Positions 60,900 to 64,000 of a stretch of DNA of 64,000 nucleotides are shown piece after piece. The translations under genes were made by a program, and so were the position numbers. The stretch comes from Selaginella moellendorffii. Lineage: Eukaryota > Plantae > Lycopodiophyta. A model generated the notes under the pieces. That model saw only the letters and a list, made by a program, of their open reading frames with translations. It searched no databases and had not been told where the DNA came from. Position 1 is the first letter of the stretch. Each line of letters starts with the position of its first letter. The DNA lies in contig NW_003314367.1 in the NCBI RefSeq assembly GCF_000143415.4, forward strand, positions 62,001-126,000. Reading direction: 5' to 3'.

Positions 60900-63095
60900 T
60901 ATCAAATTAGATTTTCCATCACTTTGTAACATCTTCAAGCAATCTTGATGGATCAATCTCTGGTTTTGCGCTTCTTCGATGAAGAAGGAGAAGCGATCCA
61001 CCGGTTTAATTTCTGGATCTCGTTCTGGCCATCATGATACTCAATCTCGCCTCGAAAGACTCGTGGGTCTTTGTTATGAAAACGAAGGCTTTCTGGCCAC
61101 TTCCACCGTCACTCGCGGACGCTTACAAGTGACCACCTTTCTTCAAGCTGTTGATCTCGTCTGCAAGCTTTCGAGCTCCATGGATGTTCTTGAACTTGCC
61201 AGTGTAGTGCTCTGGACCTTCCAAAAATCTCTGGAGGAGGAGACCGGTACCTTGTGAGCTCCGGGGATCTCATCCTTGACAAGCTCCCCACCCGCGACTT
61301 TGCGAGATCCAGTATCATCTCTCCAGTTCTCTTCCTTCTTTAGAGCTTCTCTCAAAATCAATGCATGCTCGGACTTCAAGAGTGACTCCTCCAACTTTTC
61401 CAGCAGCTGCTCGTTGCCAAGCCAAGTGAGGACGCCCATCACCTTTCCAAAGCTTCCGGCCCGGAGTGCCCTGGACGTTATCATCTCGCAAAGCTTCGGG
61501 AAGGATGCCAAGGTTCCCGGGTTTTGCTTCAAAGCCAGAAATCCTTCATGACACTTGAAGAGATTAGAGGTGTCGGCATTCTTCTTGTTCGAAGAGTTGT
61601 ACGTCTTGTAACCCAAGAGCAGCGTCCATTTGTTTCAAAGAGCTTCCACGAGACGATTGCTCACCCCATCGACTTTGATAAAAGAATTTAGAAGTTTCGG
61701 TTCGTCGATCAGCAACAAGGCTTGTAACTCTTCATCGATGTCAAAGTCGTTTGAAGCCATGATAATTTCGCAAAGCCTGGTACAGGACGCTCTCGGAATT
61801 CCATCCTTCAAACGGGCCATCCGTCCTTCAGCATGGAGCAAATCCCACAGGGACCTTGCCCTCCATCCATCCTGATCTTTCTGCAAGAAACGTTTCGAGT
61901 AGCGTCTCCTTCGGCTTTTCGTTTGCCACCTGCTGCAGCAAAGCGACCACAAACGAATCCAGAAGCTCCGGATTGGCGAGAAAGAACGCAAGAACTCTCA
62001 TCACTTTGACGAGAAGTGATGGAGCAACTTCTTCCAGATTGTTCCTTTGAGTGACCATCGAAAACAGCTTTTGCTTGGCCTAAGCTTGTCGTGCTGTAGG
62101 ACTAGAGAACACAACGCCTTGGTTGTAGCACCAGCCTTTAGAGTCTCCAAGAACTCCGGAAGAAAATGATCACCAAGAACCCGATACACCATCTTACAAG
62201 AGAATCTTTTGGGCGACTTGAACCGCAGCTTCCAAGGAATCCAATTTCTTGAGCTCCAAGGCAAGATGGACGAAGTTCTCAGCCTCGTCTTTGAAACGCT
62301 CCTCCCTAAGAAGCTTGTCCACTATGACAGTGGCATAAGCATTCCATCCGTGTGACTCCACTGCTAGAGCAAGCAGTTTCGCCACCTCGAGGCTTCCAAT
62401 CCCGGACAGTAAGAGTTTCTCCTTTGGAACCACTGCCCAAGAACTGTCATCTCGAAGTAGGATTCTTGCGGGTAGGAGTAGATTCCCAGGAAGGGGCCAG
62501 GGAGCGGCAGCGCGGATTTGAAGAACTGCGCGCTCCCGGTGGATGAAATCTCCGCGATGGGAATCCCCGGATTGAATCGAAGAATTTGCATCAGCTCGGT
62601 CCCTGGCCGGACCTCCCAAGGTGTTCCTGCATGAGTGAAGTAAATGTTAGTTTCATGGAGAAAATCGCAGAAAACTCACAAAGACTTGCGAAACTTGGCG
62701 AGGATTTTGAGCTCTCTGGAACAAAGAAACCGATCCTTCACAGGCAGAAATCCATGAAAGTTCCAACGGACGAATGGAAATCGAATGAGAAGAAATAGTT
62801 CTCAACCGAAAGGCTGGAAGTTCTTATGAAACACAAGAAAGTTCTTACAAACAAAAGATTCCTGGCCACTGCTAGGCGGCAGCTTGGGCTTCCTGCAAAA
62901 AATTCAAAAGCGAGAGGTTACGCAGGAAATTCTAATTCTTCTCATTTGGCTGCTCGATCCAATCCAAGAGAGATTTCATTCTGGGAGAGGAAGTGCTGCT
63001 TGCTTAACTTACCTTGCCCATGGTGTTGACATGAGCCATATGAGGAAGATAGCCCATGAGAAAGAGAGCGCCGCCAATGATGCCCATAGGGACAT
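60900..63095 (-). pseudogene. Chimeric/fragmented gene: TM + SPRY-family fragment joined to a frameshifted helical ORF
   Basis: The first exon is MSLWASLAALSFSWAIFLIW. The exon at ~62430-62630 (WEVRPG..MQILRFNPG..SALPLPGP.LG..SYPQESYFEMTVL) resembles plant SPRY-domain proteins. Downstream ORFs switch frames repeatedly. Confidence 0.45.
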
Positions 63096-63447
63096 ACATC
63101 TTAAACCATTTTGAATTTATTTTTAATCAATCATTTGTATAACTACAATTACCAATTGTAATTATAATGAAATTTTCTTACCTGACCAGAGAATTATTTA
63201 TATTCTAATAGATGCAAAATGTGAAAATCTCTAAATTTAGAGTAAGAGTAATAAGATATAACCATATATTCATTAATTTTGAAGAATCCATAATCTCAAA
63301 ATAAGAATTTTAAAGCTAAATTTAATTTCTTTTTTTGAAGCTTATAATGGAAAACCACAATTATGAGTAGTGTTTATTCTAAGTCTTTGTAAAACACTTC
63401 AATTTTTTTGTAAAAATGTTTTATATCCTAAAAAATATATAAATTTG

Positions 63448-63450
63448 CAT

Positions 63451-63498
<48 letters not shown>
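63448..63498. repeat. (TA)n microsatellite
   Basis: Visible TA run. Confidence 0.95.
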
Positions 63499-63502
<4 letters not shown>

Positions 63503-63773
63503 CTATTTATTAATTCTTTCATATACACTCTTTTGAAGGTTATAATTTAAATTTTCAAGTAAAAAATCTTTTACATCCTTATCCATAATTAATATTTACA
63601 TAATGTAATTTTGAAATTTCTCAAGGACTATATCTCCTTCAGAAAGTTCAAATGGTGATGGATATAAAGAATGAATTATTTTTATTGTAATTCCTTGATA
63701 TAAAGTATTATCAACAAGTACTACTTAATATTTATTATATCTTTATATTGGAACATTTCTCCATTTTATGCTC

Positions 63774-64000
63774 TGTAAGTGTATGGAATATAGAAAAGGA
63801 ATACAAAAATGTGCATATCAATTACCCCCAAAACTTTAGTTTATATATAGAAGTGAGCGGTCCAGATTGAAACCAATCCAATGGCTACTAAAACCTTACT
63901 ATGCTAATATTAATATGCAACATCTTAACCATACACTTCGACCTCACATCATCCCCTCCTCTCAAAATAATGGAAAAAATAATGGAAGGCCATTAAAGTT
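63774..64000 (-). mobile_element. 3' LTR (63774-63948) and PPT of another family-B gypsy element extending beyond the window
   Basis: A 175-bp diverged reverse-complement match to 35465-35639, followed by tcatcccctcctctc (reverse PPT) and internal sequence matching ~35430-35464. Confidence 0.88.

Overview
Eukaryotic plant genomic DNA. It is very probably the lycophyte Selaginella moellendorffii, inferred from 50-60 bp GT-AG introns, a flagellar CFAP57 gene and a bacterial-type GH63 mannosylglycerate hydrolase. The window has two halves. (1) 1-35.6 kb is a nested transposon graveyard with two assembly gaps. It holds decayed Ty3/gypsy elements of at least three families (tRNA-Trp, tRNA-Met and tRNA-Ala primer sites), a solo LTR with a clean 5-bp TSD, and a full-length decayed gypsy element interrupted by a 1.6-kb insert. 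The most notable item is a ~8-kb TIR DNA transposon (13014-21084) with 27-bp TIRs, a CCAA TSD and an empty-site homologue in the same window. It carries a Sola-like DDE transposase and a divergent second gene with a possible degenerate amino-methyltransferase tail. About 15 copies of a 22-bp palindrome (ATGGCRTGWGGCCWCAYGCCAT) lie in its introns and spacers. (2) 35.6-63.1 kb is a very compact gene island: a 1.4-kb tandem duplication, CFAP57, D27-like, a small HSP, a P450, two ADPRM-type metallophosphoesterases, DEG14, PRD1, MgH and a chimeric SPRY-like pseudogene. A further LTR starts at the right edge. All family assignments come from motif recognition by eye; no searches were run.
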